Source: Eledone cirrhosa
Lineage: Eukaryota
Direction: 5' to 3'
Length of the DNA stretch: 64,000 bases
Assembly: GCA_964016885.1 (NCBI GenBank)
Contig: OZ024740.1
Coordinates: forward strand, 418,996,001-419,060,000
Part shown: positions 45,821 through 57,387 of the stretch, in pieces
Layout of the letters: every line of letters begins with the position of its first letter
How positions within the stretch are numbered: the stretch's first letter is position 1
Position numbers and translations under genes: made by a program
Notes under the pieces: generated by a model
Seen by the model: the letters and a program-made list of their open reading frames with translations, nothing else
Told to the model about the DNA's origin: nothing
The model's database searches: none

Positions 45821-48800
45821 AACCTAACTGTTGTGTTCTCACCCAACCTAACTGAAGTTCTCACCTAACCTAACTGTTGTGTTTTCACCCAACCTAACTG
45901 TTGTGTTCTCACCCAACCTAACTGAAGTTCTCTCCCAACCTAACTGAAGTTCTCACCCAACCTAACTGTTGTGTTCTCACCCAACCTAACTGAAGTTCTC
46001 ACCTAACCTAACTGTTGTGTTCTCATCCAACCTAACTGAAGTTCTCATCCAACCTAACTGAACTTCTCACCCAACCTAACTGTTGTGTTCTCATCCAACC
46101 TAACTGAAGTTCTCACCCAACCTAACTGAAGTTCTCACCCAACCTAACTGTTGTGTTCTCACCCAACCTAACTGAAGTTCTTACCTAACCTAACTGTTGT
46201 GTTCTCATCCAACCTAACTGTTGTGTTCTTACCCAACCTAACTGAAGTTCTCTCCCAACCTAACTGTTGTGTTCACATCCAAACTAACTGTTGTGTTCTC
46301 ACCCAACCTAACTGAAGTTCTCACCCAACCTAACTGTTGTGTTCTCACCCAACCTAACTGAAGTTCTCACCCAACCTAACTGTTGTGTTCTCATCCAACC
46401 TAACTGTTGTGTTCTCATCCAACCTAACTGTTGTGTTCTCATCCAACCTAACTGTTGTGTTCTCATCCAACCTAACTGTTGTGTTCTCATCCAACCTAAC
46501 TGTTGTGTTCTCATCCAACCTAACTGTTGTGTTCTCATCCAACCTAACTGTTGTGTTCTCATCCAACCTAACTGTTGTGTTCTCATCCAACCTATCTGTT
46601 GTGTTCTCATCCAACCTAACTGTTGTGTTCTCATCCAACCTAACTGTTGTGTTCTCATCCAACCTAACTGTTGTGTTCTCATCCAACCTATCTGTTGTGT
46701 TCTCATCCAACCTAACTGTTGTGTTCTCATCCAACCTAACTGTTGTGTTCTCATCCAACCTAACTGTTGTGTTCTCATCCAACCTAACTGTTGTGTCTCA
46801 TCCAACCTAACTGTTGTGTTCTCACCCAACCTAACTGTTGTGTTCTCACCCAACCTAACTGTTGTGTTCTCATCCAACCTATCTGTTGTGTTCTCATCCA
46901 ACCTAACTGTTGTGTTCTCATCCAACCTAACTGTTGTGTTCTCATCCAACCTAACTGTTGTGTTCTCATCCAACCTAACTGTTGTGTTCTCATCCAACCT
47001 AACTGTTGTGTTCTCACCCAACCTAACTGTTGTGTTCTCACCCAACCTAACTGAAGTTCTCACCTAACCTAACTGTTGTGTTCTCATCCAACCTAACTGT
47101 TGTGTTCTCATCCAACCTAACTGTTGTGTTCTCATCCAACCTAACTGTTGTGTTCTCATCCAACCTAACTGTTGTGTTCTCACCCAACCTAACTGTTGTG
47201 TTCTCACCCAACCTAACTGTTGTGTTCTCACCCAACCTAACTGAAGTTCTCACCTAACCTAACTGTTGTGTTCTCATCCAACCTAACTGTTGTGTTCTCA
47301 CCCAACCTAACTGTTGTGTTCTCACCCAACCTAACTGAAGTTCGCACCCAACCTAACTGTTGTGTTCTCACCCAACCTAACTGTTGTGTTCTCATCCAAC
47401 CTAACTGTTGTGTTCTCATCCAACCTAACTGTTGTGTTCTCACCCAACCTAACTGAAGTTCGCACCCAACCTAACTGTTGTGTTCTCACCCAACCTAACT
47501 GTTGTGTTCTCACCCAACCTAACTGAAGTTCGCACCCAACCTAACTGTTGTGTTCTCACCCAACCTAACTGTTGTGTTCTCACCCAACCTAACTGTTGTG
47601 TTCTCATCCAACCTAACTGTTGTGTTCTCATCCAACCTATCTGTTGTGTTCTCATCCAACCTAACTGTTGTGTTCTCATCCAACCTAACTGTTGTGTTCT
47701 CATCCAACCTAACTGTTGTGTTCTCATCCAACCTAACTGTTGTGTTCTCATCCAACCTAACTGTTGTGTTCTCATCCAACCTAACTGTTGTGTTCTCATC
47801 CAACCTAACTGTTGTGTTCTCATCCAACCTAACTGTTGTGTTCTCATCCAACCTAACTGTTGTGTTCTCATCCAACCTAACTGTTGTGTTCTCATCCAAC
47901 CTAACTGTTGTGTTCTCACCCAACCTAACTGAAGTTCGCACCCAACCTAACTGTTGTGTTCTCACCCAACCTAACTGTTGTGTTCTCACCCAACCTAACT
48001 GTTGTGTTCTCATCCAACCTAACTGTTGTGTTCTCATCCAACCTATCTGTTGTGTTCTCATCCAACCTAACTGTTGTGTTCTCATCCAACCTAACTGTTG
48101 TGTTCTCATCCAACCTAACTGTTGTGTTCTCATCCAACCTAACTGTTGTGTTCTCATCCAACCTAACTGTTGTGTTCTCATCCAACCTAACTGTTGTGTT
48201 CTCATCCAACCTAACTGTTGTGTTCTCATCCAACCTAACTGTTGTGTTCTCATCCAACCTAACTGTTGTGTTCTCACCCAACCTAACTGTTGTGTTCTCA
48301 CCCAACCTAACTGAAGTTCGCACCCAACCTAACTGTTGTGTTCTCACCCAACCTAACTGTTGTGTTCTCACCCAACCTAACTGTTGTGTTCTCATCCAAC
48401 CTAACTGTTGTGTTCTCATCCAACCTATCTGTTGTGTTCTCATCCAACCTAACTGTTGTGTTCTCATCCAACCTAACTGTTGTGTTCTCATCCAACCTAA
48501 CTGTTGTGTTCTCATCCAACCTAACTGTTGTGTTCTCACCCAACCTAACTGTTGTGTTCTCACCCAACCTAACTGTTGTGTTCTCATCCAACCTAACTGT
48601 TGTGTTCTCATCCAACCTATCTGTTGTGTTCTCATCCAACCTAACTGTTGTGTTCTCATCCAACCTAACTGTTGTGTTCTCATCCAACCTAACTGTTGTG
48701 TTCTCATCCAACCTAACTGTTGTGTTCTCATCCAACCTAACTGTTGTGTTCTCATCCAACCTAACTGTTGTGTTCTCATCCAACCTAACTGTTGTGTTCT

Positions 48801-51800
48801 CATCCAACCTAACTGTTGTGTTCTCATCCAACCTAACTGTTGTGTTCTCATCCAACCTAACTGTTGTGTTCTCATCCAACCTAACTGTTGTGTTCTCATC
48901 CAACCTAACTGTTGTGTTCTCACCCAACCTAACTGTTGTGTTCTCATCCAACCTAACTGTTGTGTTCTCAACCAACCTAACTGTTGTGTTCTCATCCAAC
49001 CTAACTGTTGTGTTCTCATCCAACCTAACTGTTGTGTTCTCATCCAACCTATCTGTTGTGTTCTCATCCAACCTAACTGTTGTGTTCTCATCCAACCTAA
49101 CTGTTGTGTTCTCATCCAACCTAACTGTTGTGTTCTCACCCAACCTATCTGTTGTGTTCTCATCCAACCTAACTGTTGTGTTCTCATCCAACCTAACTGT
49201 TGTGTTCTCACCCAACCTATCTGTTGTGTTCTCATCCAACCTAACTGTTGTGTTCTCATCCAACCTAACTGTTGTGTTCTCATCCAACCTAACTGTTGTG
49301 TTCTCATCCAACCTAACTGTTGTGTTCTCATCCAACCTAACTGTTGTGTTCTCATCCAACCTAACTGTTGTGTTCTCATCCAACCTAACTGTTGTGTTCT
49401 CATCCAACCTAACTGTTGTGTTCTCATCCAACCTAACTGTTGTGTTCTCATCCAACCTAACTGTTGTGTTCTCACCCAACCTATCTGTTGTGTTCTCACC
49501 CAACCTATCTGTTGTGTTCTCATCCAACCTAACTGTTGTGTTCTCACCCAACCTAACTGTTGTGTTCTCACCCAACCTAACTGTTGTGTTATCATCCAAC
49601 CTAACTGTTGTGTTATCATCCAACCTAACTGTTGTGTTCTCATCCAACCTAACTGAAGTTCTCATCCAACCTAACTGTTGTGTTCTCATCCAACCTAACT
49701 GTTGTGTTCTCATCCAACCTAACTGTTGTGTTCTCATCCAACCTAACTGTTGTTTTCTCATCCAACCTAACTGTTGTGTTCTCATCCAACCTAACTGAAG
49801 TTCTCACCCAACCTAACTGTTGTGTTCTCACCCAACCTAACTGTTGTGTTCTCATCCAACCTAACTGTTGTGTTCTCATCCAACCTAACTGTTGTGTTCT
49901 CATCCAACCTAACTGAAGTTCTCACCTAACCTAACTGTTGTGTTCTCACCCAACCTAACTGTTGTGTTCTCATCCAACCTAACTGTTGTGTTCTCATCCA
50001 ACCTAACTGTTGTGTTCTCATCCAACCTAACTGAAGTTCTCACCCAACCTAACTGTTGTGTTCTCACCCAACCTAACTGTTGTGTTCTCATCCAACCTAA
50101 CTGTTGTGTTCTCATCCAACCTAACTGTTGTGTTCTCATCCAACCTAACTGAAGTTCTCACCCAACCTAACTGTTGTGTTCTCACCCAACCTAACTGTTG
50201 TGTTCTCATCCAACCTAACTGTTGTGTTCTCACCCAACCTAACTGAAGTTCTCACCTAACCTAACTGTTGTGTTCTCACCCAACCTAACTGAAGTTCTCA
50301 CCTAACCTAACTGTTGTGTTTTCACCCAACCTAACTGTTGTGTTCTCACCCAACCTAACTGAAGTTCTCTCCCAACCTAACTGAAGTTCTCACCCAACCT
50401 AACTGTTGTGTTCTCACCCAACCTAACTGAAGTTCTCACCTAACCTAACTGTTGTGTTCTCATCCAACCTAACTGAAGTTCTCATCCAACCTAACTGAAC
50501 TTCTCACCCAACCTAACTGTTGTGTTCTCATCCAACCTAACTGAAGTTCTCACCCAACCTAACTGAAGTTCTCACCCAACCTAACTGTTGTGTTCTCACC
50601 CAACCTAACTGAAGTTCTTACCTAACCTAACTGTTGTGTTCTCATCCAACCTAACTGTTGTGTTCTTACCCAACCTAACTGAAGTTCTCTCCCAACCTAA
50701 CTGTTGTGTTCACATCCAAACTAACTGTTGTGTTCTCACCCAACCTAACTGAAGTTCTCACCCAACCTAACTGTTGTGTTCTCACCCAACCTAACTGAAG
50801 TTCTCACCCAACCTAACTGTTGTGTTCTCATCCAACCTAACTGTTGTGTTCTCATCCAACCTAACTGTTGTGTTCTCATCCAACCTAACTGTTGTGTTCT
50901 CATCCAACCTAACTGTTGTGTTCTCATCCAACCTAACTGTTGTGTTCTCATCCAACCTAACTGTTGTGTTCTCATCCAACCTAACTGTTGTGTTCTCATC
51001 CAACCTAACTGTTGTGTTCTCATCCAACCTATCTGTTGTGTTCTCATCCAACCTAACTGTTGTGTTCTCATCCAACCTAACTGTTGTGTTCTCATCCAAC
51101 CTAACTGTTGTGTTCTCATCCAACCTATCTGTTGTGTTCTCATCCAACCTAACTGTTGTGTTCTCATCCAACCTAACTGTTGTGTTCTCATCCAACCTAA
51201 CTGTTGTGTTCTCATCCAACCTAACTGTTGTGTCTCATCCAACCTAACTGTTGTGTTCTCACCCAACCTAACTGTTGTGTTCTCACCCAACCTAACTGTT
51301 GTGTTCTCATCCAACCTATCTGTTGTGTTCTCATCCAACCTAACTGTTGTGTTCTCATCCAACCTAACTGTTGTGTTCTCATCCAACCTAACTGTTGTGT
51401 TCTCATCCAACCTAACTGTTGTGTTCTCATCCAACCTAACTGTTGTGTTCTCACCCAACCTAACTGTTGTGTTCTCACCCAACCTAACTGAAGTTCTCAC
51501 CTAACCTAACTGTTGTGTTCTCATCCAACCTAACTGTTGTGTTCTCATCCAACCTAACTGTTGTGTTCTCATCCAACCTAACTGTTGTGTTCTCATCCAA
51601 CCTAACTGTTGTGTTCTCACCCAACCTAACTGTTGTGTTCTCACCCAACCTAACTGTTGTGTTCTCACCCAACCTAACTGAAGTTCTCACCTAACCTAAC
51701 TGTTGTGTTCTCATCCAACCTAACTGTTGTGTTCTCACCCAACCTAACTGTTGTGTTCTCACCCAACCTAACTGAAGTTCGCACCCAACCTAACTGTTGT

Positions 51801-54694
51801 GTTCTCACCCAACCTAACTGTTGTGTTCTCATCCAACCTAACTGTTGTGTTCTCATCCAACCTAACTGTTGTGTTCTCACCCAACCTAACTGAAGTTCGC
51901 ACCCAACCTAACTGTTGTGTTCTCACCCAACCTAACTGTTGTGTTCTCACCCAACCTAACTGAAGTTCGCACCCAACCTAACTGTTGTGTTCTCACCCAA
52001 CCTAACTGTTGTGTTCTCACCCAACCTAACTGTTGTGTTCTCATCCAACCTAACTGTTGTGTTCTCATCCAACCTATCTGTTGTGTTCTCATCCAACCTA
52101 ACTGTTGTGTTCTCATCCAACCTAACTGTTGTGTTCTCATCCAACCTAACTGTTGTGTTCTCATCCAACCTAACTGTTGTGTTCTCATCCAACCTAACTG
52201 TTGTGTTCTCATCCAACCTAACTGTTGTGTTCTCATCCAACCTAACTGTTGTGTTCTCATCCAACCTAACTGTTGTGTTCTCATCCAACCTAACTGTTGT
52301 GTTCTCATCCAACCTAACTGTTGTGTTCTCATCCAACCTAACTGTTGTGTTCTCACCCAACCTAACTGAAGTTCGCACCCAACCTAACTGTTGTGTTCTC
52401 ACCCAACCTAACTGTTGTGTTCTCACCCAACCTAACTGTTGTGTTCTCATCCAACCTAACTGTTGTGTTCTCATCCAACCTATCTGTTGTGTTCTCATCC
52501 AACCTAACTGTTGTGTTCTCATCCAACCTAACTGTTGTGTTCTCATCCAACCTAACTGTTGTGTTCTCATCCAACCTAACTGTTGTGTTCTCATCCAACC
52601 TAACTGTTGTGTTCTCATCCAACCTAACTGTTGTGTTCTCATCCAACCTAACTGTTGTGTTCTCATCCAACCTAACTGTTGTGTTCTCATCCAACCTAAC
52701 TGTTGTGTTCTCACCCAACCTAACTGTTGTGTTCTCACCCAACCTAACTGAAGTTCGCACCCAACCTAACTGTTGTGTTCTCACCCAACCTAACTGTTGT
52801 GTTCTCACCCAACCTAACTGTTGTGTTCTCATCCAACCTAACTGTTGTGTTCTCATCCAACCTATCTGTTGTGTTCTCATCCAACCTAACTGTTGTGTTC
52901 TCATCCAACCTAACTGTTGTGTTCTCATCCAACCTAACTGTTGTGTTCTCATCCAACCTAACTGTTGTGTTCTCACCCAACCTAACTGTTGTGTTCTCAC
53001 CCAACCTAACTGTTGTGTTCTCATCCAACCTAACTGTTGTGTTCTCATCCAACCTATCTGTTGTGTTCTCATCCAACCTAACTGTTGTGTTCTCATCCAA
53101 CCTAACTGTTGTGTTCTCATCCAACCTAACTGTTGTGTTCTCATCCAACCTAACTGTTGTGTTCTCATCCAACCTAACTGTTGTGTTCTCATCCAACCTA
53201 ACTGTTGTGTTCTCATCCAACCTAACTGTTGTGTTCTCATCCAACCTAACTGTTGTGTTCTCATCCAACCTAACTGTTGTGTTCTCATCCAACCTAACTG
53301 TTGTGTTCTCATCCAACCTAACTGTTGTGTTCTCATCCAACCTAACTGTTGTGTTCTCACCCAACCTAACTGTTGTGTTCTCATCCAACCTAACTGTTGT
53401 GTTCTCATCCAACCTAACTGTTGTGTTCTCATCCAACCTAACTGTTGTGTTCTCATCCAACCTAACTGTTGTGTTCTCATCCAACCTATCTGTTGTGTTC
53501 TCATCCAACCTAACTGTTGTGTTCTCATCCAACCTAACTGTTGTGTTCTCATCCAACCTAACTGTTGTGTTCTCACCCAACCTATCTGTTGTGTTCTCAT
53601 CCAACCTAACTGTTGTGTTCTCATCCAACCTAACTGTTGTGTTCTCACCCAACCTATCTGTTGTGTTCTCATCCAACCTAACTGTTGTGTTCTCATCCAA
53701 CCTAACTGTTGTGTTCTCATCCAACCTAACTGTTGTGTTCTCATCCAACCTAACTGTTGTGTTCTCATCCAACCTAACTGTTGTGTTCTCATCCAACCTA
53801 ACTGTTGTGTTCTCATCCAACCTAACTGTTGTGTTCTCATCCAACCTAACTGTTGTGTTCTCATCCAACCTAACTGTTGTGTTCTCATCCAACCTAACTG
53901 TTGTGTTCTCACCCAACCTATCTGTTGTGTTCTCACCCAACCTATCTGTTGTGTTCTCATCCAACCTAACTGTTGTGTTCTCACCCAACCTAACTGTTGT
54001 GTTCTCACCCAACCTAACTGTTGTGTTATCATCCAACCTAACTGTTGTGTTATCATCCAACCTAACTGTTGTGTTCTCATCCAACCTAACTGAAGTTCTC
54101 ATCCAACCTAACTGTTGTGTTCTCATCCAACCTAACTGTTGTGTTCTCATCCAACCTAACTGTTGTGTTCTCATCCAACCTAACTGTTGTTTTCTCATCC
54201 AACCTAACTGTTGTGTTCTCATCCAACCTAACTGAAGTTCTCACCCAACCTAACTGTTGTGTTCTCACCCAACCTAACTGTTGTGTTCTCATCCAACCTA
54301 ACTGTTGTGTTCTCATCCAACCTAACTGTTGTGTTCTCATCCAACCTAACTGAAGTTCTCACCTAACCTAACTGTTGTGTTCTCACCCAACCTAACTGTT
54401 GTGTTCTCATCCAACCTAACTGTTGTGTTCTCATCCAACCTAACTGTTGTGTTCTCATCCAACCTAACTGAAGTTCTCACCCAACCTAACTGTTGTGTTC
54501 TCACCCAACCTAACTGTTGTGTTCTCATCCAACCTAACTGTTGTGTTCTCATCCAACCTAACTGTTGTGTTCTCATCCAACCTAACTGAAGTTCTCACCC
54601 AACCTAACTGTTGTGTTCTCACCCAACCTAACTGTTGTGTTCTCATCCAACCTAACTGTTGTGTTCTCACCCAACCTAACTGAAGTTCTCACCT
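45821..54694 (+). repeat. Higher-order tandem duplication, 2 x 4437 bp
   Basis: Constant 4437 offset (46308/50745, 47925/52362, 50058/54495). Shared 1-bp-deleted unit TGTGTCTCA (~46792/~51229) and GAAGTTCGCACC variants. One difference seen at 48971/53408. Confidence 0.93.
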
Positions 54695-56150
54695 AACCTA
54701 ACTGTTGTGTTCTCACCCAACCTAACTGTTGTGTTCTCATCCAACCTAACTGTTGTGTTCTCATCCAATCTAACTGTTGTGTTCTCATCCAACCTAACTG
54801 AAGTTCTCACCTAACCTAACTGTTGTGTTCTTACCCAACCTAACTGTTGTGTTCTCACCCAACCTAACTGTTGTGTTCTCACCCAACCTAACTGAAGTTC
54901 TCACCCAACCTAACTGTTGTGTTCTCACCCAACCTAACTGTTGTGTTCTCATACAACCTAACTGAAGTTCTCACCCAACCTAACTGTTGTGTTCTCACCC
55001 AACCTAACTGTTGTGTTCTCATACAACCTAACTGAAGTTCTCACCCAACCTAACTGTTGTGTTCTCACCCAACCTAACTGTTGTGTTCTCACCCAACCTA
55101 ACTGAAGTTCTCACCCAACCTAACTGTTGTGTTCTCATCCAACCTAACTGTTGTGTTCTCACCCAACCTAACTGTTGTGTTCTCATACAACCTAACTGAA
55201 GTTCTCACCCAACCTAACTGAAGTTCTCACCCAACCTAACTGTTGTGTTCTCACCCAACCTAACTGAAGTTCTCACCTAACCTAACTGTTGTGTTCTCAT
55301 CCAATCTAACTGTTGTGTTCTCACCCAACCTAACTGTTGTGTTCTTATCCAACCTAACTGAAGTTCTCACCCAACCTAACTGAAGTTCTCACCCAACCTA
55401 ACTGTTGTGTTCTCACCCAACCTAACTGAAGTTCTCACCTAACCTAACTGTTGTGTTCTCACCCAACCTAACTGTTGTGTTCTCACCCAACCTAACTGAA
55501 GTTCTCTCCCAACCTAACTGAAGTTCTCATCCAACCTAACTGTTGTGTTCTCATCCAACCTAACTGTTGTGTTCTCACCCAACCTAACTGAAGTTCTCAC
55601 CCAACCTAACTGTTGTGTTCTCATCCAACCTAACTGTTGTGTTCTCACCCAACCTAACTGTTGTGTTCTCATCCAACCTAACTGTTGTGTTCTCATTCAA
55701 CCTAACTCTTGTGTTCTCACCCAACCTAACTGAAGTTCTCACCCAACCTAACTGTTGTGTTCTCATCCAACCTAACTGTTGTGTTCTTACCCAACCTAAC
55801 TGAAGTTCTCACCCAACCTAAATGGTGTATTCTCACCCAACTTAACTGGTGTTCTCACCCAAACCAAATGGTGTATTCTCACTCATGAATGAGTGTGTTA
55901 TCATACTTGTTTCTTTGTGTATACTTAGATTACGACTATGTTCCACTCAAACTCATTCAAAACCTATATCTCCTTTCATCACCTCTACTGTGTCTTGTCA
56001 CATTTTCTTCTACAAACATCAACTTACAGATGTTCAAACTCTCCAGTCTCGTGGGGACAGCAAAGTTTATGACAAAACCATCTAAATGATAACTTTTTTT
56101 TAAATTGTTTGTAAATATTTATTGTCTACATTATTGTTTGTCTTTGAGCA

Positions 56151-56337
56151 GTGGTTGGCAGTATTGATAGAATCTTAAACAATATGCTTCGCAGCATAGA
56201 GTTAAGACCCTTTACGTTCTGAGTTCAAATCCCACCGAGGTTAGCTTTGCCTTTCATCCTTACGGGGTCGATAAAATAAAGCACCAGTAATGCACTGGGT
56301 AATTGCTGGCCTTGTGCCTAAAGTAGAAACAGTTATT
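56151..56337 (+). mobile_element. tRNA-derived SINE, family A, copy 1
   Basis: Degenerate A-box (TGGCAGTATTGATAG) and B-box (GAGTTCAAATCCC). Body GCCTTTCATCCTTACGGGGTCGATAAAATAAAG...AATTGCTGGCCTTGTGCCTAAAGTAGAAAC is shared with the copies at 58719 and 61521. Confidence 0.88.
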
Positions 56338-56340
56338 TAG

Positions 56341-56438
56341 TTTGAGAACAATACCTTAACATCAGTATGAGTGGCCAGTTACGGCCGGTTTGAACAGAGA
56401 AAGGTGAGAGAATTCTGGCCAGTTTAAATGCTAAAGGG
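56341..56438. mobile_element. Right-end fragment of the piggyBac-like MITE found at 57166-57387
   Basis: TTTGAGAACAATACCTTAACATCAGTATGAGTGG...AATGCTAAAGGG aligns by eye with 57280-57387. Confidence 0.75.
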
Positions 56439-56461
56439 ACCTTAACTTAATGGTTTCATTT

Positions 56462-56527
56462 AATTTAATCGACTTTCCCCACCCCTTCAAATTGCTGGCC
56501 TTTTGCCTAAATCTGTAACCATTATTC
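56462..56527 (+). mobile_element. 3' tail fragment of a family-A-related SINE
   Basis: AATCGACTTTCCCCACCCCTTCAAATTGCTGGCCTTTTGCCTAAATCTGTAACCATTATT; its 3' half matches the 3' end of the family A copies. Confidence 0.65.
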
Positions 56528-56624
56528 TTTGTCTTTGTCATTGTATCCTAATGTATATATTTATGTTGCCCTTGTGACAACATAAAATAAAATCCTTTTT
56601 ATCTCTCATGTGGTGGAATTTTAG

Positions 56625-56949
56625 TGGAATCAGATGAAGGATTAAATGAAAAAAGCCTCTTGAATCTGCTCAGTCAATTCCAGTTGTCTGACAGATATTA
56701 ACTTGACTATTTCCTTACACTGCATGTGGAACTTTCACTAATCACAGTTAAAGATGTTAAAAAGCTCTAATTGAAAGATCTGAAAATAGAAGTATTGAAA
56801 ATCGTGAAGGAGGAAGATAAGAATTTTCTATGATATCATAAAAACTCTGCAGGATATCAGAAGATAAACTAAAAATACAATTGAAGGATTTCCTGGAAAA
56901 TCTTCCAAACAGTTGGTTACAAAAGGAAGTGTACACATACTCAGGATAA
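56625..56949 (+). pseudogene. Possible degraded coding exon (several stops, probable frameshifts); product unknown
   Basis: A pyrimidine tract and TTTTAG precede a purine-rich segment translating as ESDEGLNEKSLLNLLSQFQLSDRY*LDYFLTLHVELSLITVKDVKKL*LKDLKIEVLKIVKEEDKNF...DKLKIQLKDFLENLPNSWLQKEVYTYSG*. No homology verified. Confidence 0.25.
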
Positions 56950-57165
56950 CATGAATTAAATAAGAATGCTTATAACCTTAAATCCCTCAAATTGTTCACT
57001 CATAACTGTATTGCAATAGTACAAGCAATACATGGGAAAATATATCCCACATATACTAACTGAATGGATGTTGTCCCCTATTTCAACTCCTAAAAAAAAA
57101 CATCAATTGAAATGCATCATATATCTTTGCATATTGAACAGCCTACAAACTCTTCCACTTCTTAA

Positions 57166-57387
57166 TTCTTTAGCATTTACATTATTCTATATTTACAATT
57201 TATATTTTCATGGTAAAGGCTTTACCTCACATAATTATCTCACATAATATCAAATCTATGAGATTTTGATATTATTTATTTTGAGAACAATACCTTAACA
57301 TCAGTATGAGTGGCTAATTACAGCTGGTTTGAACAGAAAGAGGTGAGAAAATTCTGGCCGGATACGGCGGGTATAAATTCTAAAGGG
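57166..57387. mobile_element. Non-autonomous piggyBac-like MITE (~222 bp)
   Basis: TTAA on both sides (57162-57165 and 57388-57391). Imperfect TIRs: TTCTTTAGCATTTA on the left, TAAATTCTAAAGGG on the right. TTAA target duplication with CCC...GGG ends is the piggyBac signature. A second partial copy lies at 56341. Confidence 0.65.

Larger units (their letters stand above)
1..55884 (+). repeat. Large tandem satellite/minisatellite array: 24-bp monomer AACCTAACTGTTGTGTTCTCA(C/T)CC with 22-bp variant AACCTAACTGAAGTTCTCA(C/T)CC; runs off the left edge of the window
   Basis: Read directly: head-to-tail units in one orientation, roughly 2,350 units (55.9 kb / ~23.6 bp), with no inserted foreign sequence seen. 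The last units (55815-55884) are degenerate. Confidence 0.99.

Noticed and set aside
8-55803. Long repetitive ORFs (LTVVFSSN, CCVLIQPN, RTQQLGWM, ENTTVRLD; up to 572 aa)
   Set aside because: A 24-bp unit is a multiple of 3 and lacks stops in four frames. The ORFs overlap on both strands, are broken at 22-bp units, and have no unique domains, so they are periodicity artefacts.
1-55884. CRISPR array
   Set aside because: The units are contiguous with no unique spacers, there are no cas genes, and the context is eukaryotic (SINEs, LINEs, microsatellites).
1-55884. Canonical telomerase-made (TTAGG)n or (TTAGGG)n tract
   Set aside because: I saw no more than two consecutive TTAGG and no TTAGGG run; the pentamer is embedded in a longer unit.
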